From NCBI GenBank assembly GCA_049517335.1, contig JBEKSD010000003.1, forward strand, positions 45,553-109,552: DNA of 64,000 bases, in the 5' to 3' direction. Under the pieces are notes generated by a model that was not told where the DNA came from, did no database searches, and worked only from the letters and a program-made list of their open reading frames with translations. The position numbers and the translations under genes were made by a program. Shown in pieces: positions 9,013-19,936 of the stretch (positions are counted from its first letter, which is position 1; the number at the start of each line of letters is the position of its first letter). Source of the stretch: Candidatus Omnitrophota bacterium (GTDB lineage: Bacteria > Omnitrophota > Gorgyraeia > Gygaellales > Profunditerraquicolaceae).

Positions 9013-10437
9013 CTACGATTTCTTTAAGGCCTTGGAGAGCGCTTCTTCAAAAAGATCGACCCCTAAATCAATCTCTGCTTCCGTAATGTAGAATGACGGC
9101 GCAAGAGTAAAGACGTTCTTGTAATACCCCCCGACATCAAGCACTAACCCGCGCATCTTGCCGCCAGCCGATAATTTGCCGCTCAAACCCAGCTCAACAA
9201 TCTTATCGGTCAATTCCCTGTCCGGGGTATAGCCGTCCTTCCCGCACATCTCCACGCGCAGCGCTAAACCCAAACCATCGACGTCGCCTATCTGGGGGTA
9301 TTTCTTCTGCAGCTTCTTCAGACGTATCTTAAAATATTCGCCTTTCTCGTGCACCATTGTGCCGAAATCAGATTCTTCGATTAATTTCATTACCTCTAAT
9401 CCCACGGCGGTACCGAGGGGGTTGGATGAAAATGTAGCATGGGTTGAGCCCGGAGGGAAGACTTCGGGAGAGATTAATTTCTCTTTCGCCCATATGCCTG
9501 AAATAGGATTAAGGCCGTTAGTCAAGGCCTTACCAAAGACGATTATATCGGGCGTAACGTTAAAATGCTCAATCGCCCAGAATTTTCCTGTCCTGAAGAA
9601 ACCCATTTGGATTTCGTCGTCCACGAACAATATCCCGTATTTATCCAATATATCTTTTAAACCGGCAAAATAGTCGTGGGGAGGAGTGATATAGCCACCT
9701 GTGCCTTGTATTGCTTCGACGTAAAAAGCGACAAACTCGCATTTATTATTCTTCTTGTTGACTACCGAATGATACTCCGTTTCAAATAGCTTTTCAAACT
9801 GCTTTAAGCAGTAAAAATCGCAAAAATTTTTCTTCTTCTCATAGGGGCAGCGGAAACAGTAAGGAAAAGGTATGAACATCGCCCTATCCCCGAAATGACC
9901 GAATCTCTCGCGGTAACGGAAACTCGAGGTAATTGCGCTTGCGGCGAGGGTTCGGCCGTGATAACCGCCCATAAATGCAAACACGAGACTCCTTCCACAG
10001 TGATTCCTGACTAATTTCAGCGAATCCTCCAGAGCGGAGGACCCACCGACATTAAAATGGACCCGGCCCTTCTCCTCAAAGGTTAGCTCATTGCGCTGGG
10101 AAAGCTTAGCTGCCAGCCTGATCTTTTCTTCATGAAGGTACTGACAGGCAAGCTGAGGAAGAGTATCAATCTGTTTTTTTAATACGTTGTTGAGGCGTTT
10201 GTTTTTGTAACCGAAGTTCGCCGCAGAATACCACATCTGTAAGTCCAAAAATTCAGTCCCTTCCCGGTCATACAAAAATGAGCCTTCCGAAGCAACAAAG
10301 ATATTGGGGCTTGCGACGTAATGCACGGTATCGCCCCATGAGCAATATTTGGCTTCCAGTTCCAGTAATTCATCGCCGGCCGCAGCATTTTCCTGCCTCA
10401 GCTTCTGATTACGCGCGTCAAACTGTTTATCATTCAT
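9013..10437 (-). CDS. Class III PLP aminotransferase
   Basis: GYHGRT, EAIQGTGG, DEIQMGFFRTG, FGKALTNG, THATF. Confidence 0.9.
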   Translation of the reverse strand: MNDKQFDARNQKLRQENAAAGDELLELEAKYCSWGDTVHYVASPNIFVASEGSFLYDREGTEFLDLQMWYSAANFGYKNKRLNNVLKKQIDTLPQLACQYLHEEKIRLAAKLSQRNELTFEEKGRVHFNVGGSSALEDSLKLVRNHCGRSLVFAFMGGYHGRTLAASAITSSFRYRERFGHFGDRAMFIPFPYCFRCPYEKKKNFCDFYCLKQFEKLFETEYHSVVNKKNNKCEFVAFYVEAIQGTGGYITPPHDYFAGLKDILDKYGILFVDDEIQMGFFRTGKFWAIEHFNVTPDIIVFGKALTNGLNPISGIWAKEKLISPEVFPPGSTHATFSSNPLGTAVGLEVMKLIEESDFGTMVHEKGEYFKIRLKKLQKKYPQIGDVDGLGLALRVEMCGKDGYTPDRELTDKIVELGLSGKLSAGGKMRGLVLDVGGYYKNVFTLAPSFYITEAEIDLGVDLFEEALSKALKKS

Positions 10438-11099
10438 GAGAAACTCCTTTTAAAATAATCATATACGTCTTTCAAATTGCGGTATGAAAAACAGGTTAAA
10501 TTTTTATCCTTAAAATGTTTCAACAAATCATCTTTGGCGAAAATAATATCCGCATATTTTGACGGGCATATATCCGAGCGGCCGTCACCTATGTATATTA
10601 TTATAGATTCCTTAGTCACATTTGCCAAGAGATTTTTCGTTTTGCAATGTGCGCAAATATGGCATTTGTCGCTCGAGTAAGGGAATTTAGGCACAAGCTC
10701 ATCTTTAACCAGGTGTAACTTATTGGAATAAATCTTGAGGTTCTTTATTCCGTTTAAATGTAAAATGCGTTCTAATATATAATCAAAATTATCGCTTAAA
10801 ACAAAAGTCTTTACTCCTCTTGATGCTAGGCCACGGACAATTTTCTTAAAGTAAGGGTCAATTTTTATGCCAGAGAGGTAATTGTCCAAAGCTTTCCTGG
10901 TTATGCTTAAACCTTTAATCTGGCCTTCCAGGCAGGCGCGGGAGCCGATCTTACCTTTCTGCCACTTTGCTTCCAACTTCACCCAGAGGTCATCCTGAGA
11001 AAAACGCGGGAGCATATTGTCAAACACATCGCAGGTTGCGATAGTGTTATCAAAATCAAAAAAAACGGCGCATTTATCGGGATTAATTAGCTTCATCAA
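10434..11099 (-). CDS. MtnX-like HAD-IB phosphatase
   Basis: DFDNT motif I, CxxCxxCK, GDGRSD motif IV. Confidence 0.85.
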   Translation of the reverse strand: MMKLINPDKCAVFFDFDNTIATCDVFDNMLPRFSQDDLWVKLEAKWQKGKIGSRACLEGQIKGLSITRKALDNYLSGIKIDPYFKKIVRGLASRGVKTFVLSDNFDYILERILHLNGIKNLKIYSNKLHLVKDELVPKFPYSSDKCHICAHCKTKNLLANVTKESIIIYIGDGRSDICPSKYADIIFAKDDLLKHFKDKNLTCFSYRNLKDVYDYFKRSFS

Positions 11100-12105
11100 A
11101 ACCTTTTCTAAAGACGCCCGCTATGGCCGTGCGGCAAAAAGAGCATCTTCCTTCCTCCAGATTATTCTGGGAAACATTAAAGAACTCCCTTTTAATCAGT
11201 AATTTTTTGCATTCCGGACAGTAAGTATCGCTGCCGGAACCGGGGACATTGCCGATATAGATAAATTTAAGCCCTGCGTGGCTTCCTATTTTTTGCGCCC
11301 TCTCCAAGGTTGATTCCGGAGTAGTTTCGTAACCAATAAATTTATATTCAGGGTGAAAGCGCGAAATATGCCAGGGGATATTTTTATCAAGCTTTGCGAT
11401 AAACCCGGCTATCCCGCTTAACTCTTCGTCTGAATCATTCTCTCCGGGAATCAGGAGCGTGGTTATTTCAACCCACACCCCCAGCCTTACCATACGCTCA
11501 ATTGTACCCAGCACAGGCTGAAGAGTGGCCTTGCATATTTTCCTGTAAGATCTTTCTTTAAAGAACTTCAAATCCACGTTTGAGGCGTCCAGATAAGGCC
11601 TGATTGTCAAGAGCGCCTCTTCCGTCATGTAACCGTTGGTTACAAAAACATTAAACAGGCCGTTAACCTTGGCTGACTTAGCCACGTCTAAAGCGTATTC
11701 AAAGAATATCGTCGGTTCAGTATAAGTATAGGATATACTCCGGCATTCACTATCCAATGCCGCTTTCACGATTTCTTTCGGAGAAACTTCTTTTGCCTGT
11801 GCGCCTATATCCGGCGCCTGCGATATTTGCCAATTTTGACAAAAACCGCAACGGAAATTACATCCGGCTGCGGCAATGGAAAAACTCAAGCTACCGGGAA
11901 AGAAATGATACAGCGGTTTTTTTTCAACGGGGTCAACGTACGACGCCACTACCTTACCGTAGCTGTAGGTAAAAAGCTCCCCTGCGATATTCTGGCGCAC
12001 CCCGCAAAACCCAAATCCCTTTTCCCTAATCCGGCAGAAATGGGCGCAAAGATAACATCGCACTAAACCTTTACCTATCTTTTCATAAAGCAGTGCTTCT
12101 TTCAT
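11083..12105 (-). CDS. amrS: AmmeMemoRadiSam system radical SAM enzyme
   Basis: N-terminal CxLCxxxC...GFCGVR, DPVEKKPLYHF, CNFRCGFCQNWQISQ, YTYTEP. Confidence 0.9.
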   Translation of the reverse strand: MKEALLYEKIGKGLVRCYLCAHFCRIREKGFGFCGVRQNIAGELFTYSYGKVVASYVDPVEKKPLYHFFPGSLSFSIAAAGCNFRCGFCQNWQISQAPDIGAQAKEVSPKEIVKAALDSECRSISYTYTEPTIFFEYALDVAKSAKVNGLFNVFVTNGYMTEEALLTIRPYLDASNVDLKFFKERSYRKICKATLQPVLGTIERMVRLGVWVEITTLLIPGENDSDEELSGIAGFIAKLDKNIPWHISRFHPEYKFIGYETTPESTLERAQKIGSHAGLKFIYIGNVPGSGSDTYCPECKKLLIKREFFNVSQNNLEEGRCSFCRTAIAGVFRKGFDEAN

Positions 12106-12124
12106 TTCCCGGCAAACCTAAAAA

Positions 12125-12150
12125 GAAACCCTTAGCCTAAACAGGGTTTC
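12125..12150 (-). terminator. Intrinsic terminator overlapping the 3' end of the small basic-protein gene
   Basis: Minus strand GAAACCCT-N10-AGGGTTTC followed by TTTTT. Confidence 0.65.
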
Positions 12151-12212
12151 CTTCCTTTGTTCGCCTTCTTCGAACGCCAGTTAAGTTTCCCCCTGCGTTT
12201 TCTTTTTCCCAT
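12132..12212 (-). CDS. Small basic protein, probable bL37-like ribosomal protein (26 aa)
   Basis: Not in the ORF track. MGKRKRRGKLNWRSKKANKGRKPCLG; K/R-rich, with a KANxGxxP motif as in bL37. Confidence 0.6.
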   Translation of the reverse strand: MGKRKRRGKLNWRSKKANKGRKPCLG

Positions 12213-12216
12213 AGTC

Positions 12217-12774
12217 TTAATATTTGTAATATTTGGAAGGTATAGAATGCAATATATACCTTACTGCTTCATTAATACATTCATCGATTGCCTTATCCAG
12301 CGAAGCATCTGCGCCTGCCTGGCCCTGAACGCGCCCTACGGAGAAAACCTGTGCGTTGGCATAATCCGCAATACGTATCTCCAAAGCAACATGGGTTTTA
12401 TTAAGGGAAGCCCCTAGTAGTCCGCCGAATTCCCCGCTAGACGAACCGCCGCCGCCGCCTATACCGGAACGGCCTCCTGAGCGGTCCTGCGGCTCAAACT
12501 CCACTAATGTTGCGGTAAGGATCAACTCTGCCTGCTTAAGCGCGGGCTCACTTATCAGAAACCGGTTACTCTTTAATAGCGCGGCAATCAATTTTTCACG
12601 CAAAATAGACGCTGATTCTTTATCCGCCTTGGCGGCCTTCACTTCAAAATCCGCAACTGTAATCTTTGCTTTTTTTCCTTCCGGCATAAAAAGTACCTTC
12701 TTGACCGAAGATATGCATCCGGAGAGCATAAAAACAACCAGGCAAACGGCAATTGCGTAAGTTATTTTCTTCAT
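12217..12774 (-). CDS. CsgG/HfaB-like lipoprotein
   Basis: Lipobox LSGC; ITVADF...LLKSNRF; Gly-rich loop. Confidence 0.65.
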   Translation of the reverse strand: MKKITYAIAVCLVVFMLSGCISSVKKVLFMPEGKKAKITVADFEVKAAKADKESASILREKLIAALLKSNRFLISEPALKQAELILTATLVEFEPQDRSGGRSGIGGGGGSSSGEFGGLLGASLNKTHVALEIRIADYANAQVFSVGRVQGQAGADASLDKAIDECINEAVRYILHSIPSKYYKY

Positions 12775-12791
12775 TCTAGAAAAGGTAAGGA

Positions 12792-13292
12792 TTATTTATT
12801 GCTGTGCGGAGGGGTCTCCGTTTGCGTATTCTCTGTGCTTGTCTCGCCGTTAGGGGTTTCCTGAGGCGCAGCAGCCGATTCGGGCTTTTCAAGGCTGATA
12901 TTCTTTGCAGTATTTTTACCCTCGGCTCCTACGATATAATCTATGCTCAACGTATCCTTTGGCTTTATTTCATCTATGCTTTTAATATTTTCGTAGGTTG
13001 TTTTTTCATCCGTACCGATAACCATATCTTTTTCCTGGTCTGTTTCATAATCAAGGTATTTAACAGTAAGCGATTTTGCGGCAGGGTCTATTGAAAGAAC
13101 TTCACCCCAAACCCATTGCGTTTCCGACTCACTCGGGGGCATAATCGTAGCCGGATTTTGCGGAACAGCTATCTCCTGTGATGCCGGCTGAGTAGCAACA
13201 GTGTCTTCCTGCGAGCCCTCTGCGGCAAAAACAGCACCTATAAATAATAATGAAACCGAGATTACCAAGAGCGATAATTTATTAATCTTCAT
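12792..13292 (-). CDS. Secreted hypothetical protein (OB-fold-like core)
   Basis: Signal peptide; WGEVLSID...IKPKDTLSIDY; acidic low-complexity tails. Confidence 0.6.
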   Translation of the reverse strand: MKINKLSLLVISVSLLFIGAVFAAEGSQEDTVATQPASQEIAVPQNPATIMPPSESETQWVWGEVLSIDPAAKSLTVKYLDYETDQEKDMVIGTDEKTTYENIKSIDEIKPKDTLSIDYIVGAEGKNTAKNISLEKPESAAAPQETPNGETSTENTQTETPPHSNK

Positions 13293-13371
13293 TTTACACC
13301 TCCGTTTATAGTTTAAGTTAAAATATCACATAAAAACCTATTTGTCAAGTTAATGAGTCCTTATTGCTTAG

Positions 13372-13563
13372 CTATTCTTTCGCAATCGCTAAAGTGAGTA
13401 TCCCGGCAAGGATTAAAAGCGCAGGGGCGCTCCCTTTTAAAACCAGCCAGGTCTGACGCCACCATTGCAGCTCAAGCAAAAGATAAACTGCAAGGCCCAG
13501 AAAAAATAACCCCAGAATGACTTTTAAGATTACAGCCGATATTTTCCTGTCTTCCCTTGGCAT
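13372..13563 (-). CDS. Small 2-TM membrane protein
   Basis: 63 aa with two hydrophobic segments; AGGAGG RBS. Confidence 0.65.
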   Translation of the reverse strand: MPREDRKISAVILKVILGLFFLGLAVYLLLELQWWRQTWLVLKGSAPALLILAGILTLAIAKE

Positions 13564-13593
13564 ATTTTCCTCCTAATGTTTGCACCACTTAAT

Positions 13594-14514
13594 TTAAACC
13601 GGCTTTGATTTCCACCTGCGATGAATCCACCCCCATTCTGCCGGGTAGCGGCGTATATAAGACTCAATTATACCTGTTAACTTCTGGATATTTATAAGGA
13701 TGGTCTCCTGAGCGTTGCTTCCTTCCTCCAATACCATCTCCGGCTCAAAGACTATGTTATGCCTATCGTCGTACTGGCGAATAATGAAACACGGTAAGAG
13801 TGATGCTTTAGTGCGTTGGGCTAAAACAACCGGCCCGGTAGCCGTAGCAGCTTTAACCCCGAAAAAATCCACAAATACCCCGGAAGTCCCGAAATTCTGG
13901 TCTAGGGGTATGAACACTGCTTCATTGTTACGTAATGATTCAATGGTAGAGTTAACGCAAACTTTGCGCGGCTGGGCGTAAATTGTTTTTATCCCATAAC
14001 GGTTGCGCATCTTTAAAAAAATATTTTCCACCTTTAAATCACGCATCTGCCGCATTATGCCGACGGTTTTATAGCCCTCTAAACTAAGCTTCGCAAGCAG
14101 GAGCGGGAAATTCCCAAAATGCGCGCTCACCAGGATTACGCCTTTACCCTTGGTAAGGGCGCTGTCCAAGTGTTCGGCTCCTATAATCTTAACGCGCTCT
14201 TTTAACGCCTGGGGCCTGCCCATTAAATACATAAGCTCAATTGCACTTTTAGCCATATAAATGAAACAATCTTTGGCTATACGCTCCAGTTCCGGGGCAG
14301 ACTTTTCATTTCCAAAGGCTATCTTCAGGGAATCAAGCGCGATCTTCCTTTGTTTTGAGGCAAGACGGTATCCTACGAATGCTATTGCGTTTGCAAAACC
14401 ATAAAGACAGCAGGAAGGAGAGAGCTTAACTATAAAAAGGCATATACGCAACCCGAAGCGCGCCAAGAAACGGCTGATAGAAGTACGAATTTTTTTATAA
14501 TCCATAGCCGGCAA
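13594..14514 (-). CDS. Lipid A late acyltransferase (LpxL/HtrB family)
   Basis: HFGNF, DQ...VDFFG, YPAEWGWIHRRWK. Confidence 0.85.
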   Translation of the reverse strand: MPAMDYKKIRTSISRFLARFGLRICLFIVKLSPSCCLYGFANAIAFVGYRLASKQRKIALDSLKIAFGNEKSAPELERIAKDCFIYMAKSAIELMYLMGRPQALKERVKIIGAEHLDSALTKGKGVILVSAHFGNFPLLLAKLSLEGYKTVGIMRQMRDLKVENIFLKMRNRYGIKTIYAQPRKVCVNSTIESLRNNEAVFIPLDQNFGTSGVFVDFFGVKAATATGPVVLAQRTKASLLPCFIIRQYDDRHNIVFEPEMVLEEGSNAQETILINIQKLTGIIESYIRRYPAEWGWIHRRWKSKPV

Positions 14515-15006
14515 TTATAACTTATACCCCGCTTTACGCAGGAATTGTTTTCTCCATAAGATATCCTCATCCGTCTCAATGCCTTTGGGCCTTGAGCCAT
14601 CGATTACCCCAAGTATCCCCCTTGAGCCTCCTACGTTTTCGGCCACAATAACTTCTAGAGGATTTGCAGTCGCGCAATAAATATTGCAGACTTCCGGTAT
14701 ATTTTTTATCGTGTTTAAAACGTTTATCGGATAAGCGTTCCTTAGGAAAATCAGGAAACTATGCCCTGCTCCGATTTCCAGCATATTAGCAGCGGCAAGC
14801 CTTTTTAATTCCTCGTCATTACCTTCGCATCTTACCTTACAGGCTCCGGAAGATTCAGAAAAGGCAAAACCGAATTTTATACCGGGCACGCTGCTAACCA
14901 AAACTTCGTATAAATCCTCAACTGTCTTTATAAAATGGCTCTGGCCAAGGATAAGGTTTACCTCGTCCGGCTTATTTATCTTCACTAATTTTAGTTCTAC
15001 CATCAC
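14515..15006 (-). CDS. Adenosine-specific kinase / DUF355 family protein
   Basis: [29 protein letters not shown]. Confidence 0.85.
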   Translation of the reverse strand: MMVELKLVKINKPDEVNLILGQSHFIKTVEDLYEVLVSSVPGIKFGFAFSESSGACKVRCEGNDEELKRLAAANMLEIGAGHSFLIFLRNAYPINVLNTIKNIPEVCNIYCATANPLEVIVAENVGGSRGILGVIDGSRPKGIETDEDILWRKQFLRKAGYKL

Positions 15007-16318
15007 TCCCCCCCTTTATTATAATCTTGCGGAAACCGGAAAAATATGCCAAAGACTGCTCCCCGTATACTTTAACGGAAGCAAACAAGAAATCGGGCTC
15101 CCCTAACAGTTTTAAGGGTACCCTCAAAACTAGTGTTTCGTTAAATAAATCAATTTTTACTTCTTCCGGGTTGATTATTCTTGGACCATTAAAAATTTTA
15201 ACTTTATTATATTTACTCACTATCATAATTTTAGGCATTTCTGCGAACGGCTTTTTATAACTATAGCTAAAAAGATAACTTAAAGTAGAGATATGCTTGA
15301 TTACTTCTTTCGGTTTATCTATGCTGATAAGAAGATCGCCGTTGTCAAGGGAATAGTTTATAGGATACATATTTTTATCCTGCGTTAAATCAATAGGGGA
15401 ATAATCCCCGAACAGCTCATTTTTACGCGCAAAAGACAAAAGGTAAAACGCGCTTGACTCTGTCTGACTGCGGTAGCTGAGTATAGAGCGGTGTTTATTC
15501 TTTAATTGCCCTTCGGTCAGATAAAATTTAAACCAATCGATCTGCCCATCGGAGAATTCTTGCGGCGCATCAAGACCTAACTCCGGATGATAATGCCGGG
15601 GCTGCGGCCAGCCTAGGCAATGCACAAGGTAAGGATAAACCTTCGGAGCGTTAATTTGATTTTTCAGGTCCGCCAACGCCACCTGCAGATAGATATAAAG
15701 ACTCTTGTGGTCCACATTTACATCAGCCGGATGCGAAACAAAAATTTCATCCGGTTTATAATTAAGGATAACATTTTTTAAATCCCGCAAAATATTATCC
15801 CCTATATAAGAGGAACCAAAAGAAAGGTTTGTTTTATAAGGCACGCTTGAGATACGCGTGAGCAGGCTTTTATAGGGACGCGCGTCATTCCAGTAATTAC
15901 GCAATATCATAAAGGTGCCGAAATCCGGGTAGCCTAAGAAGATAAGATTACTTTCATCGAGCCCCAGAAGCTTCATCGCTTTCTTTGCTTCGTTCATCCG
16001 CACTTCGCCCATATGGATGAATTCGCTTCTGCGCAAAGTAAACCGCTTTTCATAGACAATAAAAGAAAACTGGTTATGGTCCCCGTTCGTAAGATACACT
16101 ATTTTTACTTCTGAACCCTTGGCAAGAGCCTCTTGGATTACCCCTGCGCAGGCAATCGCTTCATCATCGGGGTGAGGAACAAGGATTAAGATACGCCCCT
16201 TTCTTTTAATTAAGCTGCCTTCCTTGCTATCGGCCTGTTTTGCATTCTGCCTTATGAACAGGAATACGCCAAAACCAAAAACCACGAATATAAAAATCAA
16301 GATTATTTTCTTAAACAT
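14972..16318 (-). CDS. PIG-L/LmbE family deacetylase, membrane anchored
   Basis: N-terminal TM; PHPDDE, TNGD, LGYPD, DH, YRSQ. Confidence 0.85.
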   Translation of the reverse strand: MFKKIILIFIFVVFGFGVFLFIRQNAKQADSKEGSLIKRKGRILILVPHPDDEAIACAGVIQEALAKGSEVKIVYLTNGDHNQFSFIVYEKRFTLRRSEFIHMGEVRMNEAKKAMKLLGLDESNLIFLGYPDFGTFMILRNYWNDARPYKSLLTRISSVPYKTNLSFGSSYIGDNILRDLKNVILNYKPDEIFVSHPADVNVDHKSLYIYLQVALADLKNQINAPKVYPYLVHCLGWPQPRHYHPELGLDAPQEFSDGQIDWFKFYLTEGQLKNKHRSILSYRSQTESSAFYLLSFARKNELFGDYSPIDLTQDKNMYPINYSLDNGDLLISIDKPKEVIKHISTLSYLFSYSYKKPFAEMPKIMIVSKYNKVKIFNGPRIINPEEVKIDLFNETLVLRVPLKLLGEPDFLFASVKVYGEQSLAYFSGFRKIIIKGGSDGRTKISEDK

Positions 16319-16400
16319 GGATTTTATCTTATCATATAAGTCGGAGGTAGTCGATAAATAATTTGAAATGGCCTTGAATTAGGTATATAATTACGAAAAG

Positions 16401-17276
16401 ATGGATAGCTTAAGCCAACATTACGGCCGTATACGTAAAGCTCTCATAATAATCCTGGGGTTAAACTGGCTCGTAGCTCTAGTCAAAATTTTTTACGGAT
16501 TGACTACCAGGTGCGAAAGTATGACTGCCGATGGCTTTCATTCTCTTGCCGACGGCGCGTCTAACATTATCGGCTTAGTCGGGATACATTTCGCCTGCCA
16601 GCCTAAAGACTCAGACCACCCTTACGGGCATAAAAAATACGAGACATTCTTTGCGTTAGGTATTGCCGGTATGCTTTTTCTGGTTGCATTTAATCAGACT
16701 AAACAAGGAATAACCCACCTAACTCAACCCCATAACCCCGTGGTTAACCTCAATAGCTTCATAGTTATACTTATCACCTTGGCGGTTAATTTTTGGGTAA
16801 TGGATTATGAACGCAAACTAGGCATTAAGTTTAAAAGCGATATCCTCATCTCGGACGCAGCGCATACAAAGGCTGATATTTTCACTTCCCTCTCAGTAAT
16901 CTGCGTCCTTATCGTAATAAAACTGGGTTATCCTATACTTGACCCCATTGTCACTATAATCATTTCCGTTTTTATCGCGTATGCCGGATATGAAATTATC
17001 AAAGAGAGCTCCAATGTCCTTTGTGATACGGCTGCGATATTAGACGTGAAAAGAATAAGCGATATCGTACTGGCTGTAAAGGGGGTGAAGACCTGCCATA
17101 AGATCCGCTCCCGCGGCCGGCCCGACGATGTGCATATTGATTTACATGTGCAGGTTAATCCCGATATGCACGTGGATAATGCTCATAAGATTAGTTTTGC
17201 TATTGAAGAGGCGATAAAGAAAGCTTTGCCTGAAGTGACGGATGTTATTGTCCATATAGAGCCTAAATATAACTAG
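16401..17276 (+). CDS. Cation diffusion facilitator (FieF-like)
   Basis: ADGFHSLAD, HPYGH, DAAHTKAD, C-terminal VHIEP. Confidence 0.9.
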   Translation: MDSLSQHYGRIRKALIIILGLNWLVALVKIFYGLTTRCESMTADGFHSLADGASNIIGLVGIHFACQPKDSDHPYGHKKYETFFALGIAGMLFLVAFNQTKQGITHLTQPHNPVVNLNSFIVILITLAVNFWVMDYERKLGIKFKSDILISDAAHTKADIFTSLSVICVLIVIKLGYPILDPIVTIIISVFIAYAGYEIIKESSNVLCDTAAILDVKRISDIVLAVKGVKTCHKIRSRGRPDDVHIDLHVQVNPDMHVDNAHKISFAIEEAIKKALPEVTDVIVHIEPKYN

Positions 17277-18415
17277 AGGCCAGAGAGGACAAAGAAAAAT
17301 CCAATACTTGCGATTATACCCATAAAAGACCCGAAGTAAAATGCCGCCTGCGCGCCATACACCTTCCAGAGTAGTCCTGCCAATATAGAAGCCGGCAACA
17401 ACCCTATTCCTACTAGCGTCGCATGCAGGCCAATTGCTGTTGCGCGTAAGTTTGGGGGAGCAATATCCGTAACTAATGCCTTTTCTACCCCCTCGGTAAA
17501 ACCTATATATAAACCGTAGAAGCCGAAAAGAAACCAGAAATTACTTAACGAGCCGTTGCGCGCGAAACCAAAATAAACTAACCCATAGAATAAATACCCT
17601 AAAACCAGAATCTTCTTTCTTCCTATTTTATCCGATAAATGCGCAGCTGGATAAGATGCTAAAGCATATATTAAGTTATAAACTAAATAATAAAGAATCA
17701 CCAATGGAAGAGACGCGCCTAAAGTTTTAGCCCGGAGCAATAAAAATTGGTTTGATGAATTGCCTAAAGTAAATATGAAAGTAAAAATCAGGAAAAACTT
17801 AAGCCTCTTATCCAGGGAATGCCAATTAAATCTGATTTTCTCATGCTGGGTCCCTACTTCCCTTTTTTTCTCTTTGACAAAAAACAAAAATATTACCCCC
17901 AAAAGAGCTGGAAGCAACGAGAGAAGGAATATATTCTTAAAATCCCCTTTGTAACGCGTGATTAAAAAATAGGCTAAGGTTACTCCGATAGCAGCACCAA
18001 CAGTATCCATAGTCCTATGCAGACCGAAAGCTGCCCCTGACCTGCCTACCTTTGCGCTTTCGGCGATCAACGCATCACGCGGAGCAGTGCGGATGCCTTT
18101 CCCAAAACGGTCTACTACCCGACTAAATAAAACCAAACCCCAACTGGAAGAAATATACAAAAAGAATTTTCCTATCGCAGAGCTAAAATACCCCAATATC
18201 GTAAAAGGCCTTCTGCGCCTAATTTTATCTGAAAAATACCCTGAGAAAACTTTTAGCAGGCTTGCGTTACTTTCCGCTATTCCTTCGATTAACCCCAATA
18301 TGGCCGGGCTTGCGCCCAGCACGGTAACAATATAAACAGGTAAAAGAGGATATATCATTTCACTAGAAATATCGGTCAATAAACTGGTAATCCCCAATAT
18401 GATAATATTAAACAT
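17273..18415 (-). CDS. MFS transporter
   Basis: About 12 TM; DISSEM, DRFGKGIRTAPRDALIA, SDKIGRK. Confidence 0.9.
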   Translation of the reverse strand: MFNIIILGITSLLTDISSEMIYPLLPVYIVTVLGASPAILGLIEGIAESNASLLKVFSGYFSDKIRRRRPFTILGYFSSAIGKFFLYISSSWGLVLFSRVVDRFGKGIRTAPRDALIAESAKVGRSGAAFGLHRTMDTVGAAIGVTLAYFLITRYKGDFKNIFLLSLLPALLGVIFLFFVKEKKREVGTQHEKIRFNWHSLDKRLKFFLIFTFIFTLGNSSNQFLLLRAKTLGASLPLVILYYLVYNLIYALASYPAAHLSDKIGRKKILVLGYLFYGLVYFGFARNGSLSNFWFLFGFYGLYIGFTEGVEKALVTDIAPPNLRATAIGLHATLVGIGLLPASILAGLLWKVYGAQAAFYFGSFMGIIASIGFFFVLSGL

Positions 18416-18418
18416 AGG

Positions 18419-19936
18419 TTATCTTCGTCCTTTTCGGAAAAATTGAGGTATTATTCCAACTAATACCATTATCAGGCAGATTAAAACAAAAATATCTCCA
18501 AAACGTGTATAAAATGCAGGTTTTGCCTGCAAGATATTAACCTCTCCGGTATCAAGCCCGTCAACAAATAAAGCTCTTCCTGATTTATCCTTAACCAAAG
18601 AAATAATCTTGCCGGTCGGTGAGATAAAACCGGAGACACCGGTATTGGCTGCCCGGGCTAAATAAACGCGGTTTTCCACTGCCCGAAAAACCGAGGCCTG
18701 TAAATGCTGCCAAGGTGCTGAGCTTTCTTTATACCAGGCGTCATTGGTGATGTTTACGAGGAAACCCGCCCCTCTTTTCACAAATTTCCGGGCCAACTCC
18801 GGAAAAACATCCTCAAAACAATCAAGGACGGCAAAGCCTGAAGGGAAAATAGTATACTCTCTGCCTCTCTGGATATCTCCGATAGGCACGATTGTCTCTA
18901 AAAAAGGAAAGGTATTTTTTAATGGAATGTACTCACCAAAGGGGACCCGGTGCAGTTTATCGTAACGGCCGACAATTATCCCGGCAGTATCAATCAGCAA
19001 TGCGCTGCCAAAGTAATTTCCCCTGTCTTTAACTACCGCTCCGGCGAGTAATGGGATTTTCATTTCTTTGGCCAAAGAAAAAATTTCTTTATATACCCAA
19101 TCGTCTTCGCCTAATATTCCGGGGACGGCTGCTTCCGGCCAAATAATCATCTGTGGATTCTCCTTAGCCGCTAACCGAGAAAGCTTTAAATATTTTTCCA
19201 GTACAAATTCACTGTATCGCTCGTCCCATTTCAACTCCTGCGGGATATTACCCTGAATCACAGAAATCTTCATCCGAGTTCCCTGCCTGCCAATAGGCAG
19301 GCGTATTCCGTTAATCCTGTAATAACCGTAGCCTAAAGTTAAAATTAGGACCGAGATTAAAAAAATAATAATCCTCTTTAATCTGAGCCTAAGTTTATTT
19401 CTTATTGCCCAGATTATTTCCACAATTCCCACATTGACCAGCATAACTAAAAAAGAAATGCCCCAAACTCCAGTGATATCCGCGACTTGGATTACGGGAA
19501 GATTAAGGTATTGAGAGTAGCCTAAAAGGGCCCAAGGGAATCCCGTAAAAAAGTGCCCCCGGACGTATTCCAGCAAAACCCAGACTGAAGGGATAAATAT
19601 CAGAACGTAAGGCGTAGAATGTTTGGTGCAGGCTCGGATAATCAGGCCGAATATTGCAAAGTATAAAGCCAAATATAGAATCAGGACAATTGTTCCGACT
19701 AAAGTAACATGGGCCAGCCAATAAATAATCCCCGACCAGAAAATTATCCCGGTAATAAAAAACAAAAAGAAGGCATCTTTGCGGGATTTATCCTTTAGTG
19801 CAAAAAATACCGGCACAAACCCAAACCAAGCAAATAGCCAGATATTAAAATTAGGAAAAGATAAAATAAGTAATCCTGCGGACAATAAACAAAGAGGTAA
19901 TCCTTTTGTGATATGCGAAGTTATCTTCCGCAGCAT
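18419..19936 (-). CDS. lnt: Apolipoprotein N-acyltransferase
   Basis: TM N-terminal domain, [35 protein letters not shown]. Confidence 0.95.
   Translation of the reverse strand: MLRKITSHITKGLPLCLLSAGLLILSFPNFNIWLFAWFGFVPVFFALKDKSRKDAFFLFFITGIIFWSGIIYWLAHVTLVGTIVLILYLALYFAIFGLIIRACTKHSTPYVLIFIPSVWVLLEYVRGHFFTGFPWALLGYSQYLNLPVIQVADITGVWGISFLVMLVNVGIVEIIWAIRNKLRLRLKRIIIFLISVLILTLGYGYYRINGIRLPIGRQGTRMKISVIQGNIPQELKWDERYSEFVLEKYLKLSRLAAKENPQMIIWPEAAVPGILGEDDWVYKEIFSLAKEMKIPLLAGAVVKDRGNYFGSALLIDTAGIIVGRYDKLHRVPFGEYIPLKNTFPFLETIVPIGDIQRGREYTIFPSGFAVLDCFEDVFPELARKFVKRGAGFLVNITNDAWYKESSAPWQHLQASVFRAVENRVYLARAANTGVSGFISPTGKIISLVKDKSGRALFVDGLDTGEVNILQAKPAFYTRFGDIFVLICLIMVLVGIIPQFFRKGRR
19282..19301. 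repeat. Short palindromic element embedded in lnt
   Basis: CCTGCCT-GCCAAT-AGGCAGG, read through as RLPIGRQG. Confidence 0.6.

Noticed and set aside
10434-11099. MtnX of canonical methionine salvage linked to mtnA
   Set aside because: It is 50 kb from mtnA, coupled to the aminotransferase/arginase cluster, and no mtnB/W/D is seen; HAD family call only.
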